Shown piece after piece: positions 51,626-61,187 of a stretch of 64,000 nucleotides of DNA. The translations under genes and the position numbers were made by a program. The number at the start of each line of letters is the position of its first letter. Position 1 is the stretch's first letter. The stretch is taken from the IMG/VR virus record IMGVR_UViG_3300039039_000012, one strand, 5' to 3'. The DNA is from an uncultured virus (IMG/VR IMGVR_UViG_3300039039_000012). Lineage: Duplodnaviria; Heunggongvirae; Uroviricota; Caudoviricetes; Crassvirales. The notes under the pieces were generated by a model. It searched no databases, was not told the origin of the DNA, and worked only from the letters and a program-made list of their open reading frames with translations.

Positions 51626-53881
51626 TCAAAACCAATTTCTATTAAAAATATCTGTTTTATCATTATCTTCAGTAACTTTTTTACGATTAGCAAGTTCTCT
51701 CTTACCTTTAATATCTATTGACTTCCAATATATACCTAAAAGTATAAGACTAGATATACGGTCAAAGTTACCATCTGCATTAAACTTTTTAAGTTCAAGA
51801 ATAGTTTGATAATCAAGAAATCTTTCAAAAACATATATATCTTCTCCAAATTCATTCTTACCAATAACTTCATATAAGAACTCTTTAAGAAGTCTAAGAC
51901 CATCAAGTTTTTTAGGACCATTACCAATACTATAACCATAACTAGTACTAACTTTTTCTTTAATAGTAGCATCCCAAACAAATAAAGGTTCATGACCTAA
52001 ATATTTAGTAGCTTTCCATTTACGAAAATTAGAAACAGTTTCACCACGATTTATTTCTACTAAACCAGTACCAATACAATTATACCATTTACATAATCTA
52101 TAAAACTTTTCATCAGCTTCTTCAAGTCTTTCAGTACGTCCGTAATATGCAGCACATAATTTAGGTTTAAATCCATTACGTTCTCTAGGCATTTCAACAA
52201 CAAACATACTATTATGAGAATGTCTATCAGTAATTTCTTTCTTATCTTTATCAATACCAACAGGGTCATAAACTGCAACATAAGTTCCAGGAAGAATAGC
52301 TCTTACAAGTCTATCATCAATATAAGTTTCTTCATATTCAGGAGCAAACCAAACTCTTATACAACCATGAGGATCTTCATTACCGCGTCTAGGAACACCT
52401 TGAATATAATCATAAATTTTAGCATCAGGATTTTCAATTTTTATACGAGCATTAGATTTAAAATAAATTTTCTTAAGACCATCTTCAAATAATTCTCCGT
52501 CAGTATAAAATTTATAACTATTATCTACTCTAAGTTTATCTTCAAACTTATTTAGAGCTTCACTACTAAATATATTTTCACTAGCACTACTAAATGATTC
52601 AGCAGGAAATAAAGCACGTTGACCAAGATAATTAAGATATTCTGAAAAAGTTTTAGCAGTTTCTTTCTTTTTAATTCTTTCTCGTGCAGCAAGTTTAAGA
52701 CCTATTCTTAAATTACTATTTCCATCTTCATCAAATCCTTTAACTCCGTCTATTTCACCTTCAAGTCCCCAAGCATAAGATTTAAAGAATCCACAAACTT
52801 CATTACGAGCATCATTATCCCAAACATTTTCAAATGGCATAAAATTAAATGCTCTAGGATTATAAAAGTTTTGTTCAAATATTTGCATATTAGCAGCAGT
52901 AGCAGTTCCCCAAGCCATAAGAGTACCAGTAGTACGAGTACCAACAGTCATTGTAGGTTCAGTTACATTCATAAAGTCATCAAAGTTCTGCATTGTAGAT
53001 AACTCTTCAACTTTAATAGTAACAGCATCTTTACCAATAGCACAGTCTGGATTATTATTAGCACTAACACTTAAAAGAGAACTAGACCAACTATCATCAG
53101 CTTCAACTCCGTTTTTCATACGATAACCAAGTTTAAAACTATCAGCGGTTGGACTAAATATACCTCTTTTAAATGGAGTTTTTTCTTCATAGAACTTTAA
53201 GTTATTAACAGCAAAATCACTTAAACCTCCTTGTTTAGTTAAATATTTATTATCGGCTGCAACATGAATAACAACTTTATGTTTAGATAGATTAACTTCG
53301 TTAGAACTATCAGAAGCCATAATATAAGAAAAACCTCCACGTCTAGTTTTATCAATAATAAGATGTAAACCATTACGTCTACAAAATTCTATAATTTGAA
53401 AAGTCCAAAACTGAGCATCAATAAAACTAGGAAAACTATAAATCTTTTTAGCAGTAGCTCCATGATTAGTAATAATAACAGACGATTCATCTGTACGCTC
53501 CATTCGAGTATAATTAAGAAAATTATAATGAGCACCTGTTATCCAAATATCTTCAATACTTCCATCTGGATTTTGCCAACAAGGAGCACTAAATCCATTA
53601 CGTCTTCTATCACATTCTCTACGTCTAAATTGTCTATGAGGAATACTATCAACTTTAAATTGAGTATATTTACCTGTGGCTTGATATGTTCTAGCAGGTT
53701 CATTAAATAATTCAGTATTAATAAACTTACCAGGTCTAATATTTAAAAGAAAGCCACCACTATCTCCAATTAGAAAATTATTATGAGGGTCATACCATCC
53801 ACAATCACTAGCTTTTTTATAATTTTTCTCTTTATCAGGTTCTTCAATATATTCTAAAAATGGATATTTACCATCAGCCAT
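51626..53881 (-). CDS. terL: Terminase large subunit (751 aa)
   Basis: Walker A-like KTRRGGFSY, Walker B IKVEE, nuclease motifs VYDPVG and NFDRIS. Confidence 0.9.
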   Translation of the reverse strand: MADGKYPFLEYIEEPDKEKNYKKASDCGWYDPHNNFLIGDSGGFLLNIRPGKFINTELFNEPARTYQATGKYTQFKVDSIPHRQFRRRECDRRRNGFSAPCWQNPDGSIEDIWITGAHYNFLNYTRMERTDESSVIITNHGATAKKIYSFPSFIDAQFWTFQIIEFCRRNGLHLIIDKTRRGGFSYIMASDSSNEVNLSKHKVVIHVAADNKYLTKQGGLSDFAVNNLKFYEEKTPFKRGIFSPTADSFKLGYRMKNGVEADDSWSSSLLSVSANNNPDCAIGKDAVTIKVEELSTMQNFDDFMNVTEPTMTVGTRTTGTLMAWGTATAANMQIFEQNFYNPRAFNFMPFENVWDNDARNEVCGFFKSYAWGLEGEIDGVKGFDEDGNSNLRIGLKLAARERIKKKETAKTFSEYLNYLGQRALFPAESFSSASENIFSSEALNKFEDKLRVDNSYKFYTDGELFEDGLKKIYFKSNARIKIENPDAKIYDYIQGVPRRGNEDPHGCIRVWFAPEYEETYIDDRLVRAILPGTYVAVYDPVGIDKDKKEITDRHSHNSMFVVEMPRERNGFKPKLCAAYYGRTERLEEADEKFYRLCKWYNCIGTGLVEINRGETVSNFRKWKATKYLGHEPLFVWDATIKEKVSTSYGYSIGNGPKKLDGLRLLKEFLYEVIGKNEFGEDIYVFERFLDYQTILELKKFNADGNFDRISSLILLGIYWKSIDIKGKRELANRKKVTEDNDKTDIFNRNWF

Positions 53882-53887
53882 AATATT

Positions 53888-54310
53888 TTATTTAACAAGT
53901 AAACAAACAACAAAAGCGATAGCGCATACAGCACCACCGCCTACCAAATATCTATTATTACGTTTAATACGTTCAATAGATTTATTTAAATTATCATTAA
54001 CTTTATTAGTATTATCAAGATTATATTGAAGAATTTTAATCTCATTATTGATAGTATTATATTTAAGTTTTTGAAGACTAATAATACTATCTTGTTCTTC
54101 AATTATATCTTTATAAAGTTTACTTTTAATAATTTTAGCATTAGCAACTTTAATCATACTAATAGGAACAGAAACAACTGTGTCAGTAGTATTGACTCCC
54201 CGTGGAGGATGCACTACATTATTAATCTCACTCTGACACCAACTTCTTGAATAACTCCCAAGAAGCACTATCACTAAGACTAATAACTTTATCATCAATA
54301 TCTTTTTCAT
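53888..54310 (-). CDS. Membrane/coiled-coil protein, possible spanin component
   Basis: Signal-like N terminus, coiled coil, C-terminal TM; next to the endolysin. Confidence 0.45.
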   Translation of the reverse strand: MKKILMIKLLVLVIVLLGSYSRSWCQSEINNVVHPPRGVNTTDTVVSVPISMIKVANAKIIKSKLYKDIIEEQDSIISLQKLKYNTINNEIKILQYNLDNTNKVNDNLNKSIERIKRNNRYLVGGGAVCAIAFVVCLLVK

Positions 54311-54506
54311 GTTCTTTAAGTTTATAAACTACACTTTCTCTTTCAATTATAACTAACTGTATAGAATCAATCCGAGTACGATTAATAGCAGTGTCACTTC
54401 TGTTATATGAATTGGCTTCTACACTAAAACGACTTATTGATAAATATAAAGTTGCACATAAATTAATAATCACTATTACTAATATTGCTATTAATATCTT
54501 CTTCAT
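54228..54506 (-). CDS. Membrane-anchored protein, possible i-spanin (92 aa)
   Basis: N-terminal TM; overlaps the downstream gene; lysis cluster. Confidence 0.45.
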   Translation of the reverse strand: MKKILIAILVIVIINLCATLYLSISRFSVEANSYNRSDTAINRTRIDSIQLVIIERESVVYKLKEHEKDIDDKVISLSDSASWELFKKLVSE

Positions 54507-54525
54507 GATTCTATACAGTATTAAG

Positions 54526-54954
54526 TTAATCTTTTATTTCAATAAGTTTGTTAAGTAAATCAAGCGTCCATCTACCTGTTTCTTTAAGACCTAAAACTCT
54601 TTGAGCCATCTTAATAGTAGCAGTTTGACCACAATTTACATTTGTATCGAATAATTGTTCTGCAACTCTTTGACTATTAAAATCATCAAGTTCAAATACA
54701 TCCCAATAACCAATTTTATATTTAGACCAAACAAGTTTTTGAAGTTGAATATCATTATCAAGTTTAGACTTAAATTCTTTACTACCAACAGTATAATGTT
54801 TCTTATATTGGTCAATCATATTCCAACCTTGCCAAGTAGGATTATATTTACGACTTATACCTCTATAAGTTTCTCCACCAGCATCATCTTTATCATTTAC
54901 ATATCCACCTTCTTTAATAGAAAGTTTTTTAAAAGCATCTCCAAAATTAGCCAT
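54526..54954 (-). CDS. Endolysin, glycoside hydrolase family 108 (142 aa)
   Basis: EGGYVNDKDDAGGETYRGIS and LFDTNVNCG motifs. Confidence 0.9.
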   Translation of the reverse strand: MANFGDAFKKLSIKEGGYVNDKDDAGGETYRGISRKYNPTWQGWNMIDQYKKHYTVGSKEFKSKLDNDIQLQKLVWSKYKIGYWDVFELDDFNSQRVAEQLFDTNVNCGQTATIKMAQRVLGLKETGRWTLDLLNKLIEIKD

Positions 54955-54957
54955 AAT

Positions 54958-55155
54958 TTAATATTTATAAGGATTAGTACAATAACGAAAACAATCACAA
55001 GCATCGGCATAATCGTCTTCATTAAAACTTTTAATAGTAGCCCAAAATAATAGAACTTTAATTTGTACTTTATAATTTATAAAACTAATTTCTCTATTAT
55101 TTTTACGACAGTTAGCAACTAATCTAATATTACCTTCATGTTTAATTATATACAT
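54958..55155 (-). CDS. Hypothetical protein (65 aa)
   Basis: Fills the gap in the operon. Confidence 0.5.
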   Translation of the reverse strand: MYIIKHEGNIRLVANCRKNNREISFINYKVQIKVLLFWATIKSFNEDDYADACDCFRYCTNPYKY

Positions 55156-55161
55156 AGCTTA

Positions 55162-55512
55162 TTATTCATTAAGAACTCTATTAATCCAACCTCTAAGAAA
55201 TTTAATATTATTTCCTTTACTAGCAATATCATTATAATATCTGATACGTTCAAGCTTATATTTAGCAATAAAATAATCAGCACTAATAGTAGTATCAGAC
55301 TTATAAGAATTAAGAGAATCTTGAGTTCTACGAAGTAACTCTTTAGTAAGAACTAATTCATTAACAGCAGTAGAATCAGTAACAGGAACATAACGAATTT
55401 CAAGAACTGGAGTAATACGTTTAGCACATCCACTAGATAAACAAATAGCAAATATAACTAAAACAATAAAACCAATAATTACTCCAATTAAATTGTCTTT
55501 ATTTAATTTCAT
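55162..55512 (-). CDS. Lipoprotein, possible o-spanin (116 aa)
   Basis: Hydrophobic signal with lipobox-like LSSGC. Confidence 0.55.
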   Translation of the reverse strand: MKLNKDNLIGVIIGFIVLVIFAICLSSGCAKRITPVLEIRYVPVTDSTAVNELVLTKELLRRTQDSLNSYKSDTTISADYFIAKYKLERIRYYNDIASKGNNIKFLRGWINRVLNE

Positions 55513-56516
55513 ATAGCAAGTTTAAATTGAGTTTGAACACCACTAGCTTTAATTTGTAATTCTCTATCTTTAAGAACTTTATTAATATCATCACGTAGAT
55601 AATTCATAGTAAAGAATTTAGTAGTTTCAATAGGATTTTCTTTAATATGATAAAGACCATCAGAAAATCTTTTTGGCATACCATATTCATTAAGTTCAAA
55701 ATCACTATCAATATGACATAGCCAAATACCTTTAATAGTTAAACCAAGTATATATTCAACAGCAAAAGCATACATACTAAGTTGAAGATTATATATAGCA
55801 CCATTACAATTAGGAAGATGATTAAGAGGAGCTAAAAGTCGTTCATCTTTATCAACCCAAATATTAGTTTGTTGTGCAGGTTTAACTGTCTTATCTTTTT
55901 TATAATAACCACTACTAAATTTTAATCCACCACGATTAGTTTTCCAATCTCCTACAATAGCACAATTAGTATCCTCATTAACAAGAAGAATATCAATAGT
56001 ACCACTGATTAACCAATCTATAAGAAACATACCAATTTCACTATAAATCTTATAGCCTTTTTCAGTGTACATTTTAAAAGCATCATATATAAGAGGATAT
56101 CTATTACCTGTAATTTCAATAAAATCATTAAGATTAAGAAGTTTATAACTAGCACCAAAATTAGGAATATCAGCAATAGTAACCATTACACCATTTTCTC
56201 TTTTATCAAGATAATTAATAGCTTGTTGAAACATAGATGCACCTTTAACTCCATCTTCAAGACCGTTATGAGTATTAGTTCCACGTTCACATGCTTCTTT
56301 AGTAATAGTAGACCATTGTTCCTCTAGTTTCTTCTCACTTATTCCTAACTCTTTAGACTTCTTTCTTAACCAATAGTTCTTATCGAATTTAGGTTGATAT
56401 TGGTGGAGTATTTGAGTTGTACTAATATAACTATTATTTAAAGTATCTGCATAACTATGTTCGGCTTCATTAAAAATAAGTCTTATATCATTATATCTTT
56501 TATCTCTAAGTTCCAT
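55509..56516 (-). CDS. PD-(D/E)XK nuclease
   Basis: RGTNTH, SE, SGTIDIL, GDWKT and YNLQLSMYA motifs; likely start MELRD. Confidence 0.85.
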   Translation of the reverse strand: MELRDKRYNDIRLIFNEAEHSYADTLNNSYISTTQILHQYQPKFDKNYWLRKKSKELGISEKKLEEQWSTITKEACERGTNTHNGLEDGVKGASMFQQAINYLDKRENGVMVTIADIPNFGASYKLLNLNDFIEITGNRYPLIYDAFKMYTEKGYKIYSEIGMFLIDWLISGTIDILLVNEDTNCAIVGDWKTNRGGLKFSSGYYKKDKTVKPAQQTNIWVDKDERLLAPLNHLPNCNGAIYNLQLSMYAFAVEYILGLTIKGIWLCHIDSDFELNEYGMPKRFSDGLYHIKENPIETTKFFTMNYLRDDINKVLKDRELQIKASGVQTQFKLAI

Positions 56517-56612
56517 ATTAATATTATTAAGTTCAACACTAGCTTGGGTACGCTTCGGCACTGCGTGCCTACGCTATACTCCCCGTAGAGGATGGAGTGA
56601 ATCAGCATTAGC

Positions 56613-57212
56613 TTATTCTTCAATCATACTAGAAATAACTTCTGTACCTCCTCTACCAACAGCATTCTCTTGTTCATATAGAAGATTTTCCTCAGCAATA
56701 TTAAGAGCTTTAATCGTGTTTGGAAATTGATTAGCTAAGTCATTAATCTGTTTCATATATCCAATAACAGCAGGAACATCTTCAAGACTTGCACCATCAG
56801 ATAATTTATCATTCAATAACTCATTTAGTTTGTTAGCAGCTAAAGCAACATTATGAATACCACGTTTAATGTTAAGAACAGCTTCCATACCAGCTCCAGC
56901 TTTTTGATTATAATATCTTTTAATTAATTTCCAAACAAGAATATCAGGTTGATAATTCTTAGGTAAATCAAAGTTTTCAATAGCCTTTTTAAGAGCTTCT
57001 TTTTCACTAAGACCTTCTTGTAAACAAGGACCTTTAGGGTCGCCAAGATAATAAATAACACCAACTTCTTTAATATACATATCTTTATTAGGAGATTTAT
57101 CTCTAGTATAAAGAAGACTAACATCTCTATCAAGAAGTTGTTTAAGTGTAGGAGCTTTTGGCATACCAGTTTCATCTATGGTCAGCATCCAATCCAATTC
57201 CAAACCGTTCAT
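56613..57212 (-). CDS. Conserved crAss protein (199 aa)
   Basis: ORF in the operon; function not recognisable. Confidence 0.55.
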   Translation of the reverse strand: MNGLELDWMLTIDETGMPKAPTLKQLLDRDVSLLYTRDKSPNKDMYIKEVGVIYYLGDPKGPCLQEGLSEKEALKKAIENFDLPKNYQPDILVWKLIKRYYNQKAGAGMEAVLNIKRGIHNVALAANKLNELLNDKLSDGASLEDVPAVIGYMKQINDLANQFPNTIKALNIAEENLLYEQENAVGRGGTEVISSMIEE

Positions 57213-57738
57213 ATATTTCTTCTACTTCTTCATCAAATTCAATAATTTCAAGTTTACTCATAGCATATACCCAAAGATTAGCATAAGCAATACCGTGTTT
57301 TTTACTTAGTTTAATCCATTTAGGAAGAAGTTTCTTTTTAAACTTACGTTCATTAGTAATCTTTTCTTCTTCTTCATAATGTTTTTGCTTTTCTTCTTCC
57401 ATAACTTTCGCAGTATATTCTTTATACTCTTCTCTAGTCATAGTTTTTCTAGCTTCTTTAAAATCTTTATAATGACTAATAAGTTTGGAACGATACCAAT
57501 TCTTTTGAATAGTACCAATATGAGGAATAGCAACACATTTATCTTTTCGTATATTAATACTAGCTTCTTTTTCAAGATTCTCAATAATAGATTCACAAAG
57601 TATTCTTTCATCTCCTTGTAAACCAATATCATCTAGAATATTATTCATATCTTTATAGATAAGAATATAATTATCATCAAATTCTTCGTGTGAACTAGTA
57701 TTAGCTATATTAAAATTAGAATTAGTTTTAAAATCCAT
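57172..57738 (-). CDS. IHF/HU-like protein (188 aa)
   Basis: KCVAIPHIGTIQ resembles the HU VxLxGFGTF motif, preceded by two predicted helices. Confidence 0.45.
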   Translation of the reverse strand: MDFKTNSNFNIANTSSHEEFDDNYILIYKDMNNILDDIGLQGDERILCESIIENLEKEASINIRKDKCVAIPHIGTIQKNWYRSKLISHYKDFKEARKTMTREEYKEYTAKVMEEEKQKHYEEEEKITNERKFKKKLLPKWIKLSKKHGIAYANLWVYAMSKLEIIEFDEEVEEIYERFGIGLDADHR

Positions 57739-57752
57739 AGTTGAAAGTTTAA

Positions 57753-57838
57753 GAACTCCTTTTAGTTTACTACTATAAACAAGAACACAAGTACCTAATA
57801 ATTTAAGTTATACAATGAGTAGTTCTAAAAGGAGTTCG
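57753..57838. promoter_or_regulatory. Long inverted repeat in the leader of the IHF-like gene
   Basis: GAACTCCTTTTAG / CTAAAAGGAGTTC, 13-bp perfect arms. Confidence 0.6.
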
Positions 57839-57865
57839 ATATTTAGAATTTAATATGGCAGCTAA

Positions 57866-58396
57866 TTAATCTTTAGTAGAATAAATAAAAGGATTAGAAT
57901 TACCAGATTCAGAATTAATAGCAGCTTTTAAATCATTAATAGCAATAACTTTAAATTCTAAGAACCAAACTTTCTGTCCTTTATTATATCCTTGTTTTTG
58001 CCCAAAAGTACCAACAGTAATAGAACGAGTTAATTCAGTATCATTAGTAATAAACTTATTAATAAATTGAGGACTAAGAACATTATGTTTAAGATAAAGA
58101 TGATAACCACGTTCAAGAGTAGAACGGTCAATTATAATCTTATCCATTTTGTTCATACCAATAAGTTTAGAATCTTCATCACTAATCTTAGCAATAATTG
58201 GTATAACCTCAACAGTAGATACTTTATTATTAATAACACCAAATAAACTTTCATTTTGGCAAAGAGCTACAATACAATAATGTTTAGCAACTACTACATT
58301 ACTAAGAACAGCTTCAAGTGCTTCACTTGTTATTTCACTTAATTCAGTAGGTATATTAATACCAAAATCTTTAAATTTACTTTCAACTTTAATCAT
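57866..58396 (-). CDS. Hypothetical protein (176 aa)
   Basis: ORF near the start of the minus-strand block. Confidence 0.6.
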   Translation of the reverse strand: MIKVESKFKDFGINIPTELSEITSEALEAVLSNVVVAKHYCIVALCQNESLFGVINNKVSTVEVIPIIAKISDEDSKLIGMNKMDKIIIDRSTLERGYHLYLKHNVLSPQFINKFITNDTELTRSITVGTFGQKQGYNKGQKVWFLEFKVIAINDLKAAINSESGNSNPFIYSTKD

Positions 58397-58405
58397 AATA
58401 CTAAT

Positions 58406-58546
58406 TTATCTAGTTTTAATAATACAATCAAGACCTGTACTTCCAAGTTTAAGTTTACTTTGAATCTTAATTTCTTTTTTATTCCTATCTTCACTATGAA
58501 ATTCTCTAGTGTATTTAGGCTTAGTTTCACTTTTATCTTTTCCCAT
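58406..58546 (-). CDS. Small basic protein (46 aa, MGKDKSETKPKY...)
   Basis: Found by hand; stops 9 bp before the next start; more protein-like than the overlapping 76-aa ORF. Confidence 0.4.
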   Translation of the reverse strand: MGKDKSETKPKYTREFHSEDRNKKEIKIQSKLKLGSTGLDCIIKTR

Positions 58547-59062
58547 AACTTAATTGTTTTCAGCAAATGTAATAGTTTAAATGAATCTACCAAGAGAAAA
58601 ACTAATTTTAACATTTGTGTCATAGAGGATTATATGATTATAAATATGCAAGTCATACTCCCCGTGGAGGATGGAGATGAGTTAGACTTAATCATATTAG
58701 TATTAATGATATTAATAGAGATAATAATAATGATAGTATTGATTAACTTGATGTGATTGATACTGATTATATCCATCCTCCACGGGGAGTTTAGCGGAGG
58801 ACGAAAGTCCGGAGCGGGTCACAGCGAATCTATATAATATATCTATATATAATATATCTTTATAGTAATTATAATACATTGATTATCAATAAGTTATAAT
58901 ACATATTATGTATCATGCTGAATACCTAATTCTCCATCAGTATGCAAATTAAGTGGCAAAAATGACTACCTTTGTGCACGAAAGTTGTTCCATCTATGGA
59001 ATACATTTCGCTAATTTCCTAGAGTAATATATTTTTATGTTAAACTTAATAATATTATTGTT

Positions 59063-59818
59063 ATGACTTTTAAAGAAGATTTTAAACCTAGTCGAGTTTA
59101 TAATAAACTTGTTATTGATGCTATTAATAAAGATATAGCTAATGATAGAAGTATTATTATACCTAATACTTTTGATATTGATGTTAAAAATAATAATAAA
59201 AAATATCTATGTGGTACTGGACGTATGGAATGTTTTGATACAGGTAAAATTATTAAAAGATATTATTCTAATGTTGGTATTAATGCTTGGAGAGAAATAG
59301 TTGAATTAAGAAGTATAATTCTTCATGAACTTTTTTATTTTATTAATTATACTATTTGTTTTAATTCTAATGTTGTTAAAATTAGTAAGGATTTATTTGA
59401 TGCTGTTTGTAGAAATGGAATTAGAAGTGGATGTAATAAACGAGATTTTGCTAATGCTATTGTTACATTAGAAAAACTTAATATTATTCGTAGAACAGAT
59501 AAACGTAGTATGTTTGAAGTTAATCCTAGAGTTATATTTAAAGGTGATATTAATAAATTTCATGAAATTATTACTAAAGGTAAACTTGATGATTCTAAAA
59601 TAAAACTTGATAATAATGTTAATTATATAGATAGAATAGGATTAGTTAAAGATGATAATTGTATTATAATTAAAAATAAACAAGTATATAAAAGTGAACT
59701 TGATTATTTATATGATAATAATGAGAATAATGTAGATAAAGCAAATAATGAAAATAATGAAACTGAAATAATTGAAGCAGAAGAAGTTGATACTGGTAAA
59801 ATTGATTGGGATTGGTAA
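59063..59818 (+). CDS. RepL-like replication initiator / winged-helix protein (251 aa)
   Basis: AIVTLEKLNIIRR...FEVNPRVIFKG resembles the RepL wHTH; first gene after the strand switch; TACCTTTG (-7-like) at 58967. Confidence 0.6.
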   Translation: MTFKEDFKPSRVYNKLVIDAINKDIANDRSIIIPNTFDIDVKNNNKKYLCGTGRMECFDTGKIIKRYYSNVGINAWREIVELRSIILHELFYFINYTICFNSNVVKISKDLFDAVCRNGIRSGCNKRDFANAIVTLEKLNIIRRTDKRSMFEVNPRVIFKGDINKFHEIITKGKLDDSKIKLDNNVNYIDRIGLVKDDNCIIIKNKQVYKSELDYLYDNNENNVDKANNENNETEIIEAEEVDTGKIDWDW

Positions 59819-60134
59819 TGATGAAAGTAAAAGAATTAATAATGATGATAAAGATGAAAATGATAGTATTGAAAAAGAAGGTTATAAATATAATGAAGAT
59901 AAATGTAATAATAAGGATAATGACGATGATGATAGTGATAATGATGATGATTGAAAAATTGAATGTATTGATGTGATAGTGAGGCTAGTGAGTATAAGGG
60001 GTGGGTCATTAAATTGGACTTGACTACCCCCGTCAAGTTCTAGGAGAAAGTAAAGTTCTTGCTGCTCATTATCAACATTAAATATTTTGAGATTATTCAT
60101 CTCATTACATTACTAACTATTAATACAAACAATT

Positions 60135-60290
60135 ATGAAAACAAACAAAATGTTATTACTATTAGCTATCATATTGATGATTCCATCTATAATATTAGTA
60201 TTGAAAGTAGAGCCAACAGATGGTGAAATGTTTACTGCCATTGTATTTAGTGTACTATCGGCTATTGTTAGTTATCTTAGTAGAGATTAA
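60135..60290 (+). CDS. Small two-TM membrane protein (51 aa)
   Basis: Found by hand: MKTNKMLLLLAIILMIPSIILVLKVEPTDGEMFTAIVFSVLSAIVSYLSRD. Confidence 0.6.
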   Translation: MKTNKMLLLLAIILMIPSIILVLKVEPTDGEMFTAIVFSVLSAIVSYLSRD

Positions 60291-60393
60291 TCTCTACTAG
60301 TTAATGCTGCTCATTATCAACATTAAATACTTTGCAGTTGAAGAACAATTGCCAGTAATGCTACTGATTAGCGTAATTAAATACTTAATAGTC

Positions 60394-61149
60394 ATGCCAG
60401 ACGTTAAAGATTTTGCACAAGCTGCACAAGGTGGTGCTGCGGCTGCTCCTGAGAATGTTAATGTAGTTAATCCAACTGCTAGTGTTAACCAACCTGTTCA
60501 ACCTACTGTTGATACAGATAACCAAAATTCTGCGCAAGTGGAAACCATTGATGATGTTGTTAAACGCATCTGTACTGATGGTCATAGTTATGTAATGACT
60601 ACTGTCATTACTAATATTGATTGTCAAGAACGTACAGGTCGTAATGGCAATTCTTATCTCAATGCGTTTGTTACTATTGCTAGTCCTGTCAAAGGTGCTC
60701 AAAGTATGCCTGATGGTACACATCGAATGGGTATGCTTGGTGCTATTCAGATGCCATTCAATCAGATACTGCTTGTAATGCGCAAAGACAAGTTCTACGG
60801 TAGATTTGTCAACTATGTTGGCGAGGCTGCTGAAGCTGGCTTTGCTAGTATGTATCTGACTGGTGTTGCTGTCAAAGTTCTTTGCCAGTTTGTACCTGCT
60901 GGTGTACAAGACCGTAATCCATTTACTCGTAAAGATAATCTTTACAATGTTGTGGATTATGATAGATATGTATATCATATTGTAGGTATCGAACAGCCTG
61001 CTGACCCTGTTCTTGTTGGTGCATATAATGTACTTATCAAGCAGATTATGGACGATGCTCGTGCTGCCATTGCTGCCAAGCGCGAGGCTAAAGCTAAAGC
61101 AGCTAGTTTTGTTGCTACTGCAATGAATGATGACGACATGCCATTCTAA
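60394..61149 (+). CDS. ssb: Single-stranded DNA-binding protein (251 aa)
   Basis: C-terminal acidic tip DDDMPF; likely start MPDVK; position near the strand switch as in crAssphage. Confidence 0.7.
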   Translation: MPDVKDFAQAAQGGAAAAPENVNVVNPTASVNQPVQPTVDTDNQNSAQVETIDDVVKRICTDGHSYVMTTVITNIDCQERTGRNGNSYLNAFVTIASPVKGAQSMPDGTHRMGMLGAIQMPFNQILLVMRKDKFYGRFVNYVGEAAEAGFASMYLTGVAVKVLCQFVPAGVQDRNPFTRKDNLYNVVDYDRYVYHIVGIEQPADPVLVGAYNVLIKQIMDDARAAIAAKREAKAKAASFVATAMNDDDMPF

Positions 61150-61157
61150 TGAACATG

Positions 61158-61187
61158 ACGCTACTGACCTTCGGGTTGGTAGCGTTT
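61158..61187 (+). terminator. Hairpin with UUCG loop after ssb
   Basis: ACGCTACTGACC-TTCG-GGTTGGTAGCGT followed by TT. Confidence 0.7.

Noticed and set aside
46044..53881. Introns or inteins in MCP, portal or terminase
   Set aside because: ORFs are continuous and of ordinary length
3760..57621. Many short plus-strand ORFs and alternate-frame minus ORFs in the track
   Set aside because: Antisense or out-of-frame shadows of real genes with I/F/S/N-biased composition
58796..58816. GGAGGACGAAAGTCCGGAGC as RNase P or hammerhead ribozyme fragment
   Set aside because: No other conserved elements nearby; better explained as the hairpin extension of the dispersed repeat
59772..60100. Acidic or His-rich ORFs after the RepL-like gene
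   Set aside because: Products of low-complexity GAT/AAT sequence
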